Shown: positions 10,954 through 21,255, numbered from the stretch's first letter. The stretch is 64,000 nucleotides of DNA from Clostridiales bacterium (GCA_021201535.1 JAJQEU010000109.1:1998-65997); one strand, 5' to 3'. Translations and numbers: made by a program. The notes: generated from the letters alone by a model not told the origin.

Positions 10954-11115
10954 GTTCTGCTCCTTTGTGCTCTGTAATCTGCTACATATGTTATCATGTA
11001 CTCCGCCGCGCACAGTTTGTCATCTGCTGCACGGCTCATTGCCTACGCTCATTGTACCAAACAGACCTCTTTATTTCAAGAAAGACTTCCCGTTCCGTCT
11101 GATCTTTCGTATATT

Positions 11116-11433
11116 TTACGGAAAAATCTCCTGTATCACACTCCCGAAAATTTCTTCATTCTGCGGCGACAGGACCGTTTTCCCGTTGATATTCTCTTCT
11201 GTATCCTTCTGAATCCGGTTTTTCTCCCGCTGTGTGTTCATACTGCTCTGACTCAGCGCCAGTTTCGTCATTTCCTTTGTCTTTTCGGTCAGTTCCCGGA
11301 TCTGTCTCCGGCATCTTCGCACCGCAAACAGCGCGGCTATCATAAGTAAAAGCGTACACACCAGAAAACCGAGTATCAGTTCATCGGCATATGGCACGTA
11401 CCATGAATTGACCAGATAAAGTATCTGTTCCAT
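11116..11433 (-). CDS. Small single-TM hypothetical protein
   Basis: GGAGG RBS, one hydrophobic helix followed by a coiled segment. Confidence 0.65.
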   Translation of the reverse strand: MEQILYLVNSWYVPYADELILGFLVCTLLLMIAALFAVRRCRRQIRELTEKTKEMTKLALSQSSMNTQREKNRIQKDTEENINGKTVLSPQNEEIFGSVIQEIFP

Positions 11434-11753
11434 TCGCGCCTCCTTTCCGCCGGACCATTCTGTCCGCCTTGTACAGTTTAACAGAATTATTTCTTCGAAA
11501 AAAGAGGGACAGGCTGTCTTTTCGCCGCAAATTCCGACATTTTTCTTACAGTTAAATCATTTTCGTTCTTTTGAACCATCATGTACAAAATATTCCTCGA
11601 CCCGGAAACATGAGTCGTTTACCATAAAAAATCACAGAAAGAGCGGTTGACTTTTTTTTGTAAACATATACTATAATAGGAGTGAACTGATTTGAAACAG
11701 ACAGGACTGTTGACGCAGCCATCATTATCATATTGAACCAGAGGTCATTACAC

Positions 11754-12821
11754 ATGAAAAAAATCATTCTCACCGGCGGCGGTACTGCCGGACATGTAAC
11801 CCCCAATATTGCCCTTTTGCCGCGGCTCCGCGAGCTGGACTATGAGATTTCCTACATCGGTTCTTATCATGGCATTGAAAAGGGATTGATTGAAAAAGAA
11901 AACATTCCGTATTATGCGATCTCTTCCGGAAAGCTCCGCCGTTACTTTGACCCAAAGAACTTTTCAGATCCGTTTAAGGTGATGAAAGGATATCTGCAGG
12001 CCCGGCATCTGATGTTTAAACTGAAACCCGACATCGTCTTCTCCAAAGGAGGATTTGTCAGCGTTCCGGTGGTTCTGGCCGCAAAGCACGCAAAAATCCC
12101 CGTGATCATCCACGAATCAGACATCACGCCGGGACTCGCCAACAGGCTTGCCATCCCGTCGGCCACACGGATCTGCTGCAACTTCCCGGAGACATTAAGC
12201 CATCTTCCCGAAGGAAAAGCAGTCGTGTCCGGATCACCCATCCGCCGGGAGCTGCTTGACGGCGACAGGAAAAAAGCCTGTACATACACCGGGCTGACCC
12301 CGGACCGGCCGACCATCCTCATCATCGGAGGAAGCCAGGGTTCACAGGTGATCAATGAGGTTGTCCGAAGACTGCTGCCCGGGCTTCTGACCTCCTGGCA
12401 GATCATCCATCTCTGCGGCAAGGGGAATCTGGATCCGGCGCTTGCCGGAACTGCCGGTTATGTACAGTATGAATACATTAACGAAGAGCTCGCCGACCTG
12501 TTCGCAGCCGCCGATCTGGTCATCTCCCGCGCCGGTGCCAACGCAATCTGCGAGCTGCAGGCACTTGCGAAACCAAACATCCTGATCCCGCTGTCAAAGG
12601 CTGCCAGCCGGGGCGATCAGATTCTGAATGCGAGGTCTTTCGAGAAACAGGGATTCAGCTATGTGATCGAAGAGGAGCATCTGTCCGAAAATTCCCTTTC
12701 CGAGGCAATTTCCTCCGTGTGGGAGAATCGAAAAGATTATACCGCAGCTATGAAAGAGAGCCGGAAGACAGATGCCATCGAAATTATCGTCGGTCTGATC
12801 GAAGAGCTGAAAAAGAAATAA
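11754..12821 (+). CDS. murG: Undecaprenyl-PP-MurNAc-pentapeptide GlcNAc transferase
   Basis: TGGGTAGHV, GGFVS, HESD, GGSQGS and RAGA motifs. Confidence 0.96.
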   Translation: MKKIILTGGGTAGHVTPNIALLPRLRELDYEISYIGSYHGIEKGLIEKENIPYYAISSGKLRRYFDPKNFSDPFKVMKGYLQARHLMFKLKPDIVFSKGGFVSVPVVLAAKHAKIPVIIHESDITPGLANRLAIPSATRICCNFPETLSHLPEGKAVVSGSPIRRELLDGDRKKACTYTGLTPDRPTILIIGGSQGSQVINEVVRRLLPGLLTSWQIIHLCGKGNLDPALAGTAGYVQYEYINEELADLFAAADLVISRAGANAICELQALAKPNILIPLSKAASRGDQILNARSFEKQGFSYVIEEEHLSENSLSEAISSVWENRKDYTAAMKESRKTDAIEIIVGLIEELKKK

Positions 12822-12895
12822 TACCGATATATTCCGTTCGTATCCCTGCAATCGCGCAGAAGGCGGTTTTGCCTCTGCGCGGTGCATTTCAGTCA

Positions 12896-13321
12896 TTACA
12901 TATCCGTCATATTCAGCATCCCGGCAATCCCGGCAATCTCATCCGCGCTCAGTTCCGCATGATTCCATCCGAGCTTCTCTTCATTGCCGTCTCCGATGTA
13001 GCGCGGAATCAGATGCATATGGAAGTGGAATACAGTCTGTCCCGCCACCTCTCCGTTATTCTGTACGATATTAAAACCGTCACATTTTAAAACCTCTGTC
13101 ATCCGCGCAGCGAGCTTTTTAGCCAGAACGAACACTTTTGAAGCGTAATTATCCGGAAGCTCATAGATATTCGCGGCATGCGTCTTCGGCAGGATCAACG
13201 CGTGTCCCCTCGTCGCCGGGCTCGCATCCAGGATGACTGTAAACATCTCATCCTCATAAATCACGTTTGACGGGATATCTCCGCACGCCAGTTTACAAAA
13301 AATACAGTTGTCATCTTTCAT
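12896..13321 (-). CDS. HIT family nucleotide hydrolase
   Basis: CIFC N-terminus and the QTVFHFHMHLIPR histidine triad. Confidence 0.93.
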   Translation of the reverse strand: MKDDNCIFCKLACGDIPSNVIYEDEMFTVILDASPATRGHALILPKTHAANIYELPDNYASKVFVLAKKLAARMTEVLKCDGFNIVQNNGEVAGQTVFHFHMHLIPRYIGDGNEEKLGWNHAELSADEIAGIAGMLNMTDM

Positions 13322-13497
13322 ATAGTACCTCCTGATATAAATTTTGATTCGTCCATATAAACTATGTTTCTTTTTTATTATAAAAAAAATCGTTTCCAGT
13401 GTAAAGCTGATTTTATCCGGCGAAAATTAACCTCTACGATTTTACTCTTATCTGTGGTAGAATAGAAATCGTACCCGACCGGGCAGATAGAATCAAA

Positions 13498-13524
13498 GTA
13501 ACTGTGAAGATACTGAACCGCTAC
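13498..13524 (+). repeat. 27-bp REP-like repeat, copy 2
   Basis: GTAACTGTGAAGATACTGAACCGCTAC, 31 nt upstream of the mttB-family ATG. Confidence 0.75.
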
Positions 13525-13555
13525 GAATCAAACACTGAAAGGACACCATAGCATC

Positions 13556-14989
13556 ATGCAGGGAAGAATCAAATACAACGTCATGTCACCCGAAGAGCTT
13601 ACGCTCTTCAAAAACCGTATGGAGCGCCTCCTGTCAGAGCGCGGCGCACACATGAATCATCCGAAAATGAAGGAGGAACTGGCCGCCGCCGGATGCACGG
13701 TAACGGGCGACACAGTTCGTTTCCCGAAAGCAGTCATTGACCGGGCACTGGCCGCCGTTCCCCATACCTTTACGCTCTATGCACCGGATGAGACCTGTAA
13801 TATGACCTTCCCACATCCCGGGGGAAGCTTTTACACCAGAACCTGTACCGGCGCGCCGAATTATCTTCCCGTGGAAGGTGAAAAACACTATATAACACTG
13901 GCGGACACCGCAGAATGGTTCCATCTGGTGAACGAGATGGACCAGATTGATTATGTGGCACTGCCGTCCACCTGTGACGACAGCGTTCCCGGAAAAGCCA
14001 TCGATGTATTTACACTGGAAAAAGCACTTCAGATTTCCAGAAAACATATCTGGATCCAGCCCTATGAAACGGATAACACAAAATATCTGATTGAAATGTG
14101 CGCTGCAGCCGCGGGCGGAGCGGACAGGCTGCGTGAAAAGCCGATCTGCAGCTTTATCTCCTGCAGCGTCCCGGTTTTAAAGTTCAAATATATGGACGCC
14201 GAGATTTTATATGAATGCGCAAAAGCAGGCATTCCGGTCCAGCCCTGCGCACTTCCGACCGCCGGAGCCAACACACCGGTCACGGCACAGGGCACCGCTC
14301 TGGCGGCCTGCGCTGACGTGCTTGCCCAGATTGTGATGCTCGAGCTGCTCTGTCCGGGACTGCCGGTCATCGCCACTCCACTGCTGTTCTCCATGGACAT
14401 GCAGACCACTTATACCCTGCAGTCCAACACGGAAATTACGTTCGGACGTCTCATCTGCATGCAGGTGTTTGAACAGGGCTATGGCATCCCCTGTCATTCT
14501 TACGGCACGGGAACAGACAGCATGACCCTCGACGGACAGAATATGATCGAGCGCACTTCCCTCATCCACATGATGGCCATGTCGGATGCCAGCGTGCTGG
14601 GCGGCGCCGGCCAGATGGAAACAGCCAAGACCATCAATCCGCTGACGCTGATCATCGACAATGAGATTTTCGGCATCGCCAGACGTCTCCGCGCAGGGCT
14701 CGTCATTGATGATGAGACGCTCGATTTCGAGGAACTTCTGGAGGGAGACGATGAGGACGGTTATCTGATGAGCGATCACACGCTGGATCATCTGCGCGAT
14801 GCACATCGGCCGGAGCTGTTCTATAAAGGATATCTGCGCGATATTCGCGACGAGGAAAAAACAATTCTGGATCGCGCACTGGAAACATATGACACATTAC
14901 GAAAGCTTCCGGTTCCGTGTATGCTGGATGAAGAAGCTAAAAACACGGTTCACGCCATCGTGCTGCGGGCTGCGGAAGAACTGCAATGA
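13556..14989 (+). CDS. Trimethylamine methyltransferase (MttB) superfamily protein, non-pyrrolysine
   Basis: 477 aa with the MttB pattern (LSERGAHM...VRFPKAVIDRAL..VP, T..G...A.AD.LA, G.P.I, LIIDNEI, YLMSDHTLDH); uninterrupted ORF with no amber codon. Confidence 0.85.
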   Translation: MQGRIKYNVMSPEELTLFKNRMERLLSERGAHMNHPKMKEELAAAGCTVTGDTVRFPKAVIDRALAAVPHTFTLYAPDETCNMTFPHPGGSFYTRTCTGAPNYLPVEGEKHYITLADTAEWFHLVNEMDQIDYVALPSTCDDSVPGKAIDVFTLEKALQISRKHIWIQPYETDNTKYLIEMCAAAAGGADRLREKPICSFISCSVPVLKFKYMDAEILYECAKAGIPVQPCALPTAGANTPVTAQGTALAACADVLAQIVMLELLCPGLPVIATPLLFSMDMQTTYTLQSNTEITFGRLICMQVFEQGYGIPCHSYGTGTDSMTLDGQNMIERTSLIHMMAMSDASVLGGAGQMETAKTINPLTLIIDNEIFGIARRLRAGLVIDDETLDFEELLEGDDEDGYLMSDHTLDHLRDAHRPELFYKGYLRDIRDEEKTILDRALETYDTLRKLPVPCMLDEEAKNTVHAIVLRAAEELQ

Positions 14990-15048
14990 GAAGTAAATTA
15001 TATCATTAGATATTTGTCCTGACGCAGAACGATGAAAGGGATATTTTC

Positions 15049-15363
15049 ATGAAATTGACAAGAGCAGAAAAAATATGGCTTGCAGCCGTCATTATCTTTT
15101 ACGCATGCTACAACCTGCCTTTTGTGCCGGCCTACGGCCACGCGAAGGCAACCCTGATCCACGGATTGATGACGCTGATCCCTCTGTGGATTTCCGTTTA
15201 TATCGGTCTGGTAAAGATATGCCGGATCTACCGCCTGCGCGATTCGCAGACACAAAAATCCTCCTCCGGTGCAGAAATGCCGATGCCGGAAACAGACCCA
15301 AAAACATCTCTGCCGACACAGACAACAGACAGAGAAATAACGAAGGAGGATATGTCATGTTAA
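15049..15363 (+). CDS. Small two-TM membrane protein, likely partner of the solute:sodium symporter
   Basis: Two hydrophobic helices then a polar tail; overlaps the symporter start by 7 nt. Confidence 0.65.
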   Translation: MKLTRAEKIWLAAVIIFYACYNLPFVPAYGHAKATLIHGLMTLIPLWISVYIGLVKICRIYRLRDSQTQKSSSGAEMPMPETDPKTSLPTQTTDREITKEDMSC

Positions 15364-16886
15364 AAAGCTCTACCGTATGGATTGCCTTCCTGTTATATCT
15401 CGCATTTCTTCTGATCGTTGCACTGACAGAGAATATGCGTTCAAAACAAAAAAACGCCCGTGGCTTTGCAACGGCGGGCGGCAGCATCAAATGGCCGATT
15501 CTGGTGATGACCTACATCGCCTCCCTGATGAGCACCTGGGTCTTCTTCGCCGGTCCCGGCGCGTACTACCGGGGCGGCATCGGATACTGGGCATCGGAGC
15601 TGAGCTACATCTGCCTGTTTCCCGTCGTCGTACACTTTGTCATGAACAAAGTATGGATCACAAACAGCACCCGGAAATACACAACCCCTGCTGACTTTTA
15701 CTATGACCGATTCAAAAGTCCGCTGCTGCGGGTACTTCTGGCACTCATTTTTCTGAGCGCGTCCTTCCCCTATATCGCCAGCGTCCTGATCGCCATCTCT
15801 AAAGCCGCAGAGATTGCCACGGGCGGCGCCATAGCATACCGGCAGGTCGTAATCATCGTCGGTGTTGTGATCATCGCCTATGTCATGATCGGCGGATTAA
15901 AATCCATTGCGCTGACAGACACCATCCAGGGACTTGCTTATATCTCCATCCTCTGGATCATTGTATTTGCCTGCCTGTTTACCGCCTTCGGCGGTTCTCT
16001 TGGAAACGCCGTATCCACCATCTGGGAAAACACCAATGAATGGTTCTCCTACCCCGGTCCGGACGGCTGGGTTCCCTACAGTGCACGCTTCGGATACCCC
16101 TTAAGCTGCGCCATCGGCTGGACCGTTATGCTGCCCCACGTGTTTATCCGCTCCGGATACTCCGGCTCGGATCTGAACACCCAGCGGAAGCTGATGTTTC
16201 TGACGCCGCTTCTGCAGGCTTTTGTCTGGACCGGAACCATGATGATCGGTCTGGTCAGCATCGCCCTGCTGCCCGGCCTCAGCACGGATGAGACGGAATA
16301 CATCATTCCCTACCTGATCCAGAATATCATTCAGAACATCCATCCGAATATGGCTGTCGTCCTGATGATCTTTTTCTTTGTCGGTGCCGTCGCAGTGGGA
16401 ATCTCCACCGCAGATTCCTTTCTGCTGGTCACCGGCTCCATCATCTCGGAGGATCTGCTGCATCACACCTTCGGGATAAAAATGGGCGAAAAAAAACAGC
16501 TGCTGTCCGTGCGGCTCGTCATCCTGGCGGTCGGACTGATCAGCATCCTGTTCGCCATCAACCCGCCGGATCTGATCTTCACACTGATCATGTTCGCCAT
16601 CGCCATCGTCATGCCGCTGTTCCCGATCCTGGTGCTCGGCATTTACTGGAAAAAAGCAACAAAACAGGCCGCCGTCGTTTCCACCATCGTGGGCACGGTG
16701 CTCGTACTGATGACTTATTTCGTGTGGGATCTGGGCGGGTCCTGGTACGGAGCATTCGGGCTCGCAGGTTCGCTCGTGTGTATGATCGTGGTGAGCCTGC
16801 TGACACATCAGGATCCGGAGGATTCCAGAAAATTTTACGAGGCGCTGGAAAGCGGAGAACGGAAATACTATGATATCCAACCATAA
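15357..16886 (+). CDS. Sodium:solute symporter (SSS) family
   Basis: About 13 TM helices; MSTWVFFAGPG.YYRGG, DFYYDRF.S, GGLKSIALTDTIQG and ISTADSFLL; GGAGG RBS before the ATG at 15357. Confidence 0.9.
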   Translation: MLKSSTVWIAFLLYLAFLLIVALTENMRSKQKNARGFATAGGSIKWPILVMTYIASLMSTWVFFAGPGAYYRGGIGYWASELSYICLFPVVVHFVMNKVWITNSTRKYTTPADFYYDRFKSPLLRVLLALIFLSASFPYIASVLIAISKAAEIATGGAIAYRQVVIIVGVVIIAYVMIGGLKSIALTDTIQGLAYISILWIIVFACLFTAFGGSLGNAVSTIWENTNEWFSYPGPDGWVPYSARFGYPLSCAIGWTVMLPHVFIRSGYSGSDLNTQRKLMFLTPLLQAFVWTGTMMIGLVSIALLPGLSTDETEYIIPYLIQNIIQNIHPNMAVVLMIFFFVGAVAVGISTADSFLLVTGSIISEDLLHHTFGIKMGEKKQLLSVRLVILAVGLISILFAINPPDLIFTLIMFAIAIVMPLFPILVLGIYWKKATKQAAVVSTIVGTVLVLMTYFVWDLGGSWYGAFGLAGSLVCMIVVSLLTHQDPEDSRKFYEALESGERKYYDIQP

Positions 16887-16945
16887 TCAGGGAAATTCCC
16901 CGTAACTGTGAAAACACTGAACAGTTTATGGGGAATTTCCCTGAT
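16886..16945. terminator. Long hairpin between convergent genes with REP copy 3 in its loop
   Basis: 16-bp perfect inverted repeat ATCAGGGAAATTCCCC / GGGGAATTTCCCTGAT enclosing GTAACTGTGAAAACACTGAACAGTTTA (16902-16928). Confidence 0.75.
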
Positions 16946-17616
16946 CACTCCAGACAGTAAAGAGAACTGTCGCAAACGGCATCCGAACTGCCGGTCAAAA
17001 CCATCCAGAATCCATCCCGAAAGGGAATCTCCCGCTGCATAACCGGCAGTTCATCCACCACAGAAAAATAATCCAGTCCGTCTTTTAAGCCGACGCCGGT
17101 GTATTTGACATAACTCTCTTTATATGCCCACAATCTGCTGAACGCATCAAATCCGTGCTGTTCCAGCCATCGTATTTCAGAGGGATGGAAAAATCTCCGT
17201 GCCAGCTTCTCACCGTCCCCCGTGTGACAGGTCTGCAGATCCAGACCGACCTCTGCATCACTGACCGCACAAACCCAGACATCGCCGCTGTGTGAGATAG
17301 AAAAATGTACCTCCGGCAGTTCTTTCACATACGGCTTACCCTGTCCTTCCCGCTCAGCGGCCTCTGAAATACCTTCCGGATGACGGAATTCTCCCGTATA
17401 CGATCTGTCCGCATCTTCCCGGCGGCAAACGGTAATTTCTTTGATTTCCCGCCCGATATATCGGCTGATCGCCAGTCTCAGCAGCTCATGAGATTCGATT
17501 TTTTTGTCCCAGTCACAATAATATATAATCACTCTCATTATTTGCACGTTCGCCGACATATCCGATACAGTATCTCTCAGTTCATATCCGGAAAGAAACA
17601 GGATAGAAAACCGCAT
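16945..17616 (-). CDS. 4'-phosphopantetheinyl transferase (Sfp-type); start may be at 17538
   Basis: GKPY, HFSISHSG, VGLDLQ and W..KESYVKYTG.G motifs. Confidence 0.88.
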   Translation of the reverse strand: MRFSILFLSGYELRDTVSDMSANVQIMRVIIYYCDWDKKIESHELLRLAISRYIGREIKEITVCRREDADRSYTGEFRHPEGISEAAEREGQGKPYVKELPEVHFSISHSGDVWVCAVSDAEVGLDLQTCHTGDGEKLARRFFHPSEIRWLEQHGFDAFSRLWAYKESYVKYTGVGLKDGLDYFSVVDELPVMQREIPFRDGFWMVLTGSSDAVCDSSLYCLE

Positions 17617-17624
17617 CTCAGAGA

Positions 17625-18854
17625 TCAGTTATCCTCCGATCTGCCCTGATATCGCTCATACAACCGCCGAAACGCCGGCAGACTCCTCGACGCGACCTCG
17701 TCCGGCACACAGTAGGAGATACGCACCCATCCCGGCCCATAGAATGCGGTACCCGGCGCCATAAGGATTTTTTCCTGCTTTGCCGCCTCACAGAATACGG
17801 CGTCATCATCCTCCAGCGCCTTTACGAACAGATAAAACGCACCGTCCGGATGGATACAGGTATAACCGATCTCACGCAATCCGTCATACAGGATGTCTCT
17901 GGTCTTTTTATAAATACTGATATCCACCGAGGCGTCCACGCACTTCAGCAGCATCTTCTGCTGAAGAGTCGGCGCGTTGACAATGCCGAGATACCGCATG
18001 GAAGCCGTCAGACCGGCATACAGGTCACGCATATCCTGTACGCAGGGTTCCATCGCTATGTAGCCAATCCGCTCGCCGGGGATGGAGAGCGCCTTGCTGT
18101 AGGAATAGACAACGATCGTATTCGGATAATAATGTGTCAGGTACGGTACCTCAATATCATAGGCGAGCTTCCGATACGGCTCATCCGACACCAGGTAAAT
18201 CGGATGGCCGAACTCCTCCTGTTTTTTCTTCAGAATATCTGTCACCGCGCGGATCGACGCGTCCGTGTAGACAGCACCGGTCGGATTGTTCGGCGTATTA
18301 ATCAGCACAAAACGGGTGCGCGGAGTAAGCGCTGCCTCGAAAGTCTCCGGGTCCGGCTGCAGGGTCTCCATATTGCAGTAAGCAGGAACCAGCTTCCCGT
18401 AGAAAGACTCCACATAGCTCTTGTACTCCCAGAAATAAGGTGCGAAAGTGACGACCTCATCCCCCTGATCCAACAGTGTGTTGGCGATCATGGCAATCGC
18501 GGACGCAGCTCCGACCGTCATGATAATACCATCCTCATCATAACTGCAGCCGAAAGTCTCATTCAGATAATTCGCAATATGCGCGCGCACCTGCGGATAA
18601 CCGACATTCGCCGGGTAACCGTGCAGTGAAAGTGAGTTTTCCTCTTTCAGAATCTCGATCATAGATTCATTAACAACAGCCGGTGGTTCCACACTGGGAT
18701 TACCGATTGTAAAATTGAAAATATTCTCGCTGCCGTAGACGGCGGCCATTTTCTTCCCCTCTTCAAAAATATCCCGGATACAGATTGCTGCGTCCAGAGA
18801 TTTCCGTAAACGTTTTGCTATCATAGCCTTCTCCTTCATTCTGTCCTCCGGCAC
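17625..18854 (-). CDS. PLP-dependent class I/II (aspartate-type) aminotransferase
   Basis: NFTIGNP, NTPNNPTG, SDEPY, YSYSKALSIPGERIG and P.GAFY. Confidence 0.92.
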   Translation of the reverse strand: MPEDRMKEKAMIAKRLRKSLDAAICIRDIFEEGKKMAAVYGSENIFNFTIGNPSVEPPAVVNESMIEILKEENSLSLHGYPANVGYPQVRAHIANYLNETFGCSYDEDGIIMTVGAASAIAMIANTLLDQGDEVVTFAPYFWEYKSYVESFYGKLVPAYCNMETLQPDPETFEAALTPRTRFVLINTPNNPTGAVYTDASIRAVTDILKKKQEEFGHPIYLVSDEPYRKLAYDIEVPYLTHYYPNTIVVYSYSKALSIPGERIGYIAMEPCVQDMRDLYAGLTASMRYLGIVNAPTLQQKMLLKCVDASVDISIYKKTRDILYDGLREIGYTCIHPDGAFYLFVKALEDDDAVFCEAAKQEKILMAPGTAFYGPGWVRISYCVPDEVASRSLPAFRRLYERYQGRSEDN

Positions 18855-19013
18855 ACCCCTCTAAATACCACGAGTTCAGCGTCTGAAGACGTATTTTATC
18901 CGTTATTTTATCGCCCGAACGCTTTAAAGCGTTAAAGCAATAAATACGTAAACTATGATAGCATATCTGTGAAAAAAATAAAAGGAAAAATTTCCTTACG
19001 CGCCCCTGTACAC

Positions 19014-19050
19014 ATAAAAAACCGATGCAGCCTTCATAGAACTGCATCGG
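19014..19050 (-). terminator. Intrinsic terminator after the NlpC/P60 gene
   Basis: CCGATGCAG-loop-CTGCATCGG followed by a T-run on the minus strand. Confidence 0.75.
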
Positions 19051-19088
19051 AACTTTCTCTGACTTTTATTCATGCTATATTTACAGCA

Positions 19089-20333
19089 CTAAAAGATTCT
19101 CCGTACCGCAATAATTGATTTGTAGGTCGCACTCGTATACTTAATACCTCCCGCCGGATACGGCTTGGAATTGGAAGCGTTAACAATCGTGTTATTCCCC
19201 ACATAAATACCTACATGACCGCTGTAGCAGACGATATCTCCCGGCTGCATATCTGATACAGACACAGCATAGCCCACGGAACGAAGTGCACTTGAACTAT
19301 GCGGAAGAGATACGCCAAAGTGCGCATACACACTCATCACAAATCCGGAACAGTCACATCCGCTCGTCAGACTCGTACCTCCATATACATATGGATTGCC
19401 GATAAACTGGCAGGCATAATTCGCAACCGCGGAACCGGAACCGCTCGCCGTAGAACTGCTAGTACTGCTGCTGGAAGAGCTGCTCGTACTGCTACTCGAA
19501 TCACTGCTCGTGCTGCTGCTCGAATCACTGCTCGTGCTGCTGCTCGACGAACTGCTGCTCGTGGAGACGCTGGAAGAACCGCTCGTGACAGACCCCACCG
19601 TAGTCGTAGCCGCCGCGGCCTGTGCCGCTGCAATGATCTCATTCTGCTCAGCAATCGTCGCCTCATACTGAGCCGCAAGACTCTCGGCCTCAGCCAGCTT
19701 CGCATCAAAATCCTCCAGCTCACTGCTCTTCGCTGCCTTCATGGTCTCTAACTCTGCCTGCTGTTCTTCGTATGTAGCCTGAATCTCCTCCAGCTGGGCT
19801 TCCTCTTCCTCTACCTGAGCCACCAGATTCTCAACCTCAAGCTTGGTATTCTGGTACTCAACCAGCAGACTCCTGTCATATTCGTATACCGTCGAATAAC
19901 TCTCCAGCTTATTTAAAACATCTGCAAAGCTGTCTGCTCCCATCAGCGCGGTCAGGAAAGAGGAGTCGCCGTTCTCATACATGTAACAGATCCTCTCCTT
20001 CATGGACTCGTACTGTTCCTCCTCAGTCTCTTTGGCGACCTCCAGATCTGCCTGAGCCTGTGCCAGCTCGATCTTTTTATTCTCGATATCAGTCTTGGTC
20101 GTGTTGATATTGATAATGACCTCAACCAGCTCGGCATCCAGAGCGTCAATCTGTTCCTGCAGGTCTGCCTGCTGTGCCTCAATACTGCTGATCTGTGACT
20201 GTACGGAATTCAGATTGCTCTGCGCCTCGCTTTTTTTACTTTTTGCCTCTGACAAACCTGTCGCACCTGCCATCTGAGTGCCGCCAAAAACCATGACTAC
20301 AATCAGGCCAAGCGCTATAAGTCTCTTCTTCAT
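19089..20333 (-). CDS. Secreted CwlO/PcsB-like peptidoglycan endopeptidase (coiled coil, Ser-rich linker, NlpC/P60)
   Basis: Signal peptide, long coiled coil, poly-Ser linker, GNPYVYGG...DCSGF...GHVGIY. Confidence 0.92.
   Translation of the reverse strand: MKKRLIALGLIVVMVFGGTQMAGATGLSEAKSKKSEAQSNLNSVQSQISSIEAQQADLQEQIDALDAELVEVIININTTKTDIENKKIELAQAQADLEVAKETEEEQYESMKERICYMYENGDSSFLTALMGADSFADVLNKLESYSTVYEYDRSLLVEYQNTKLEVENLVAQVEEEEAQLEEIQATYEEQQAELETMKAAKSSELEDFDAKLAEAESLAAQYEATIAEQNEIIAAAQAAAATTTVGSVTSGSSSVSTSSSSSSSSTSSDSSSSTSSDSSSSTSSSSSSSTSSSTASGSGSAVANYACQFIGNPYVYGGTSLTSGCDCSGFVMSVYAHFGVSLPHSSSALRSVGYAVSVSDMQPGDIVCYSGHVGIYVGNNTIVNASNSKPYPAGGIKYTSATYKSIIAVRRIF
19491..19547. repeat. 24-bp coding tandem repeat (2.4 copies) in the Ser-rich linker
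   Basis: GCTRCTCGAATCACTGCTCGTGCT at 19491 and 19515, plus a partial third copy. Confidence 0.8.
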
Positions 20334-20547
20334 AAAATATACCTGCTCCTGTCTCTCTATCGAAATCGTTGTGTTATCATCAGATTGCTTTCACAGTATA
20401 ACATCAATACATTCAGATTTCAATACAGAAAGACATTTTTCAGAAATATTTCATATTTTTTTGTAATATTTCTGTAATAATCCGGACATTATGTACATTT
20501 ACACATTTCGGGAACTGTTTGATGAACAGTACTTTGCTCTCGAATAA

Positions 20548-21255
20548 TTATTCAGAACCCCTACTGAAAAATGTTTTCAGATATATCTTCTGCTCCGGTG
20601 TGATCCGCCTGCTCTCCACAGCCTTCTGGATTGCCTTATTATGCGTCCACCGGTCCAGCCGTTTCTCCTCTATAAATGGAAGCACCGCATCATACTGTCT
20701 GGCGAGCGCCGTGGCAAAATACCATGCGATCATCATATTGACATAGTATTCTTCCGTGCGAATGGCAGCCACTCTCTGCGGATATTCAGGTTCAAACAGA
20801 TCTTCCAGAAAATACCGCATCAGAAGCCCGATGCCGAACCGAACCGTATAGGTGTGGTCTGAACAAAGCCATCTGTCTATATGAGGAAGCAATTCTTTCC
20901 GATGTCGCTGAAATACCTTCGGCGAAAGCTGATCGCAGGCCGCCCAGTTGTTGATATAAGGCAAAAAAGCTTCAACCTTCTCCAGGCACCGCTCAAAGTC
21001 CCTCTCCCGGGAGATAAGAAAGACGTGCAGCTGATTTTCATCATAATAATCGTGCGGCAGATCCAGAAGAAACGCCGCTTCTTCCTCTGTCCCTGCCAGC
21101 TGTCTCGCATATGCACGAAGCGTCGGCGTACGCACGCCAATCACAGTTCCGGGATCAACCGTCGGGACTAATTTCGAGCTGAATGCCTGATAAGCGGCAT
21201 CCTGCAGAGTAAATAAAGTTTCCTGTATTGATGTCATCTGTCGTATTCCTTTCAT
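20548..21255 (-). CDS. DNA alkylation repair protein (AlkD-like)
   Basis: GVRTP.LR, INNWAACD, YTVRFGI, YYVNMMIAWYFATAL and NKAIQK. Confidence 0.88.
   Translation of the reverse strand: MKGIRQMTSIQETLFTLQDAAYQAFSSKLVPTVDPGTVIGVRTPTLRAYARQLAGTEEEAAFLLDLPHDYYDENQLHVFLISRERDFERCLEKVEAFLPYINNWAACDQLSPKVFQRHRKELLPHIDRWLCSDHTYTVRFGIGLLMRYFLEDLFEPEYPQRVAAIRTEEYYVNMMIAWYFATALARQYDAVLPFIEEKRLDRWTHNKAIQKAVESRRITPEQKIYLKTFFSRGSE

Noticed and set aside
13556-14989. Pyrrolysine recoding in MttB
   Set aside because: The ORF is full length with no in-frame TAG, and there are no pyl genes in the window.
15075-15356. N-terminal extension of the SSS ORF in the track
   Set aside because: Overlaps the small membrane gene; a GGAGG RBS supports the start at 15357.
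19441-19620. Ser-rich repeat as a contingency locus
   Set aside because: Ordinary flexible linker of CwlO-type hydrolases; the repeat unit is in frame.
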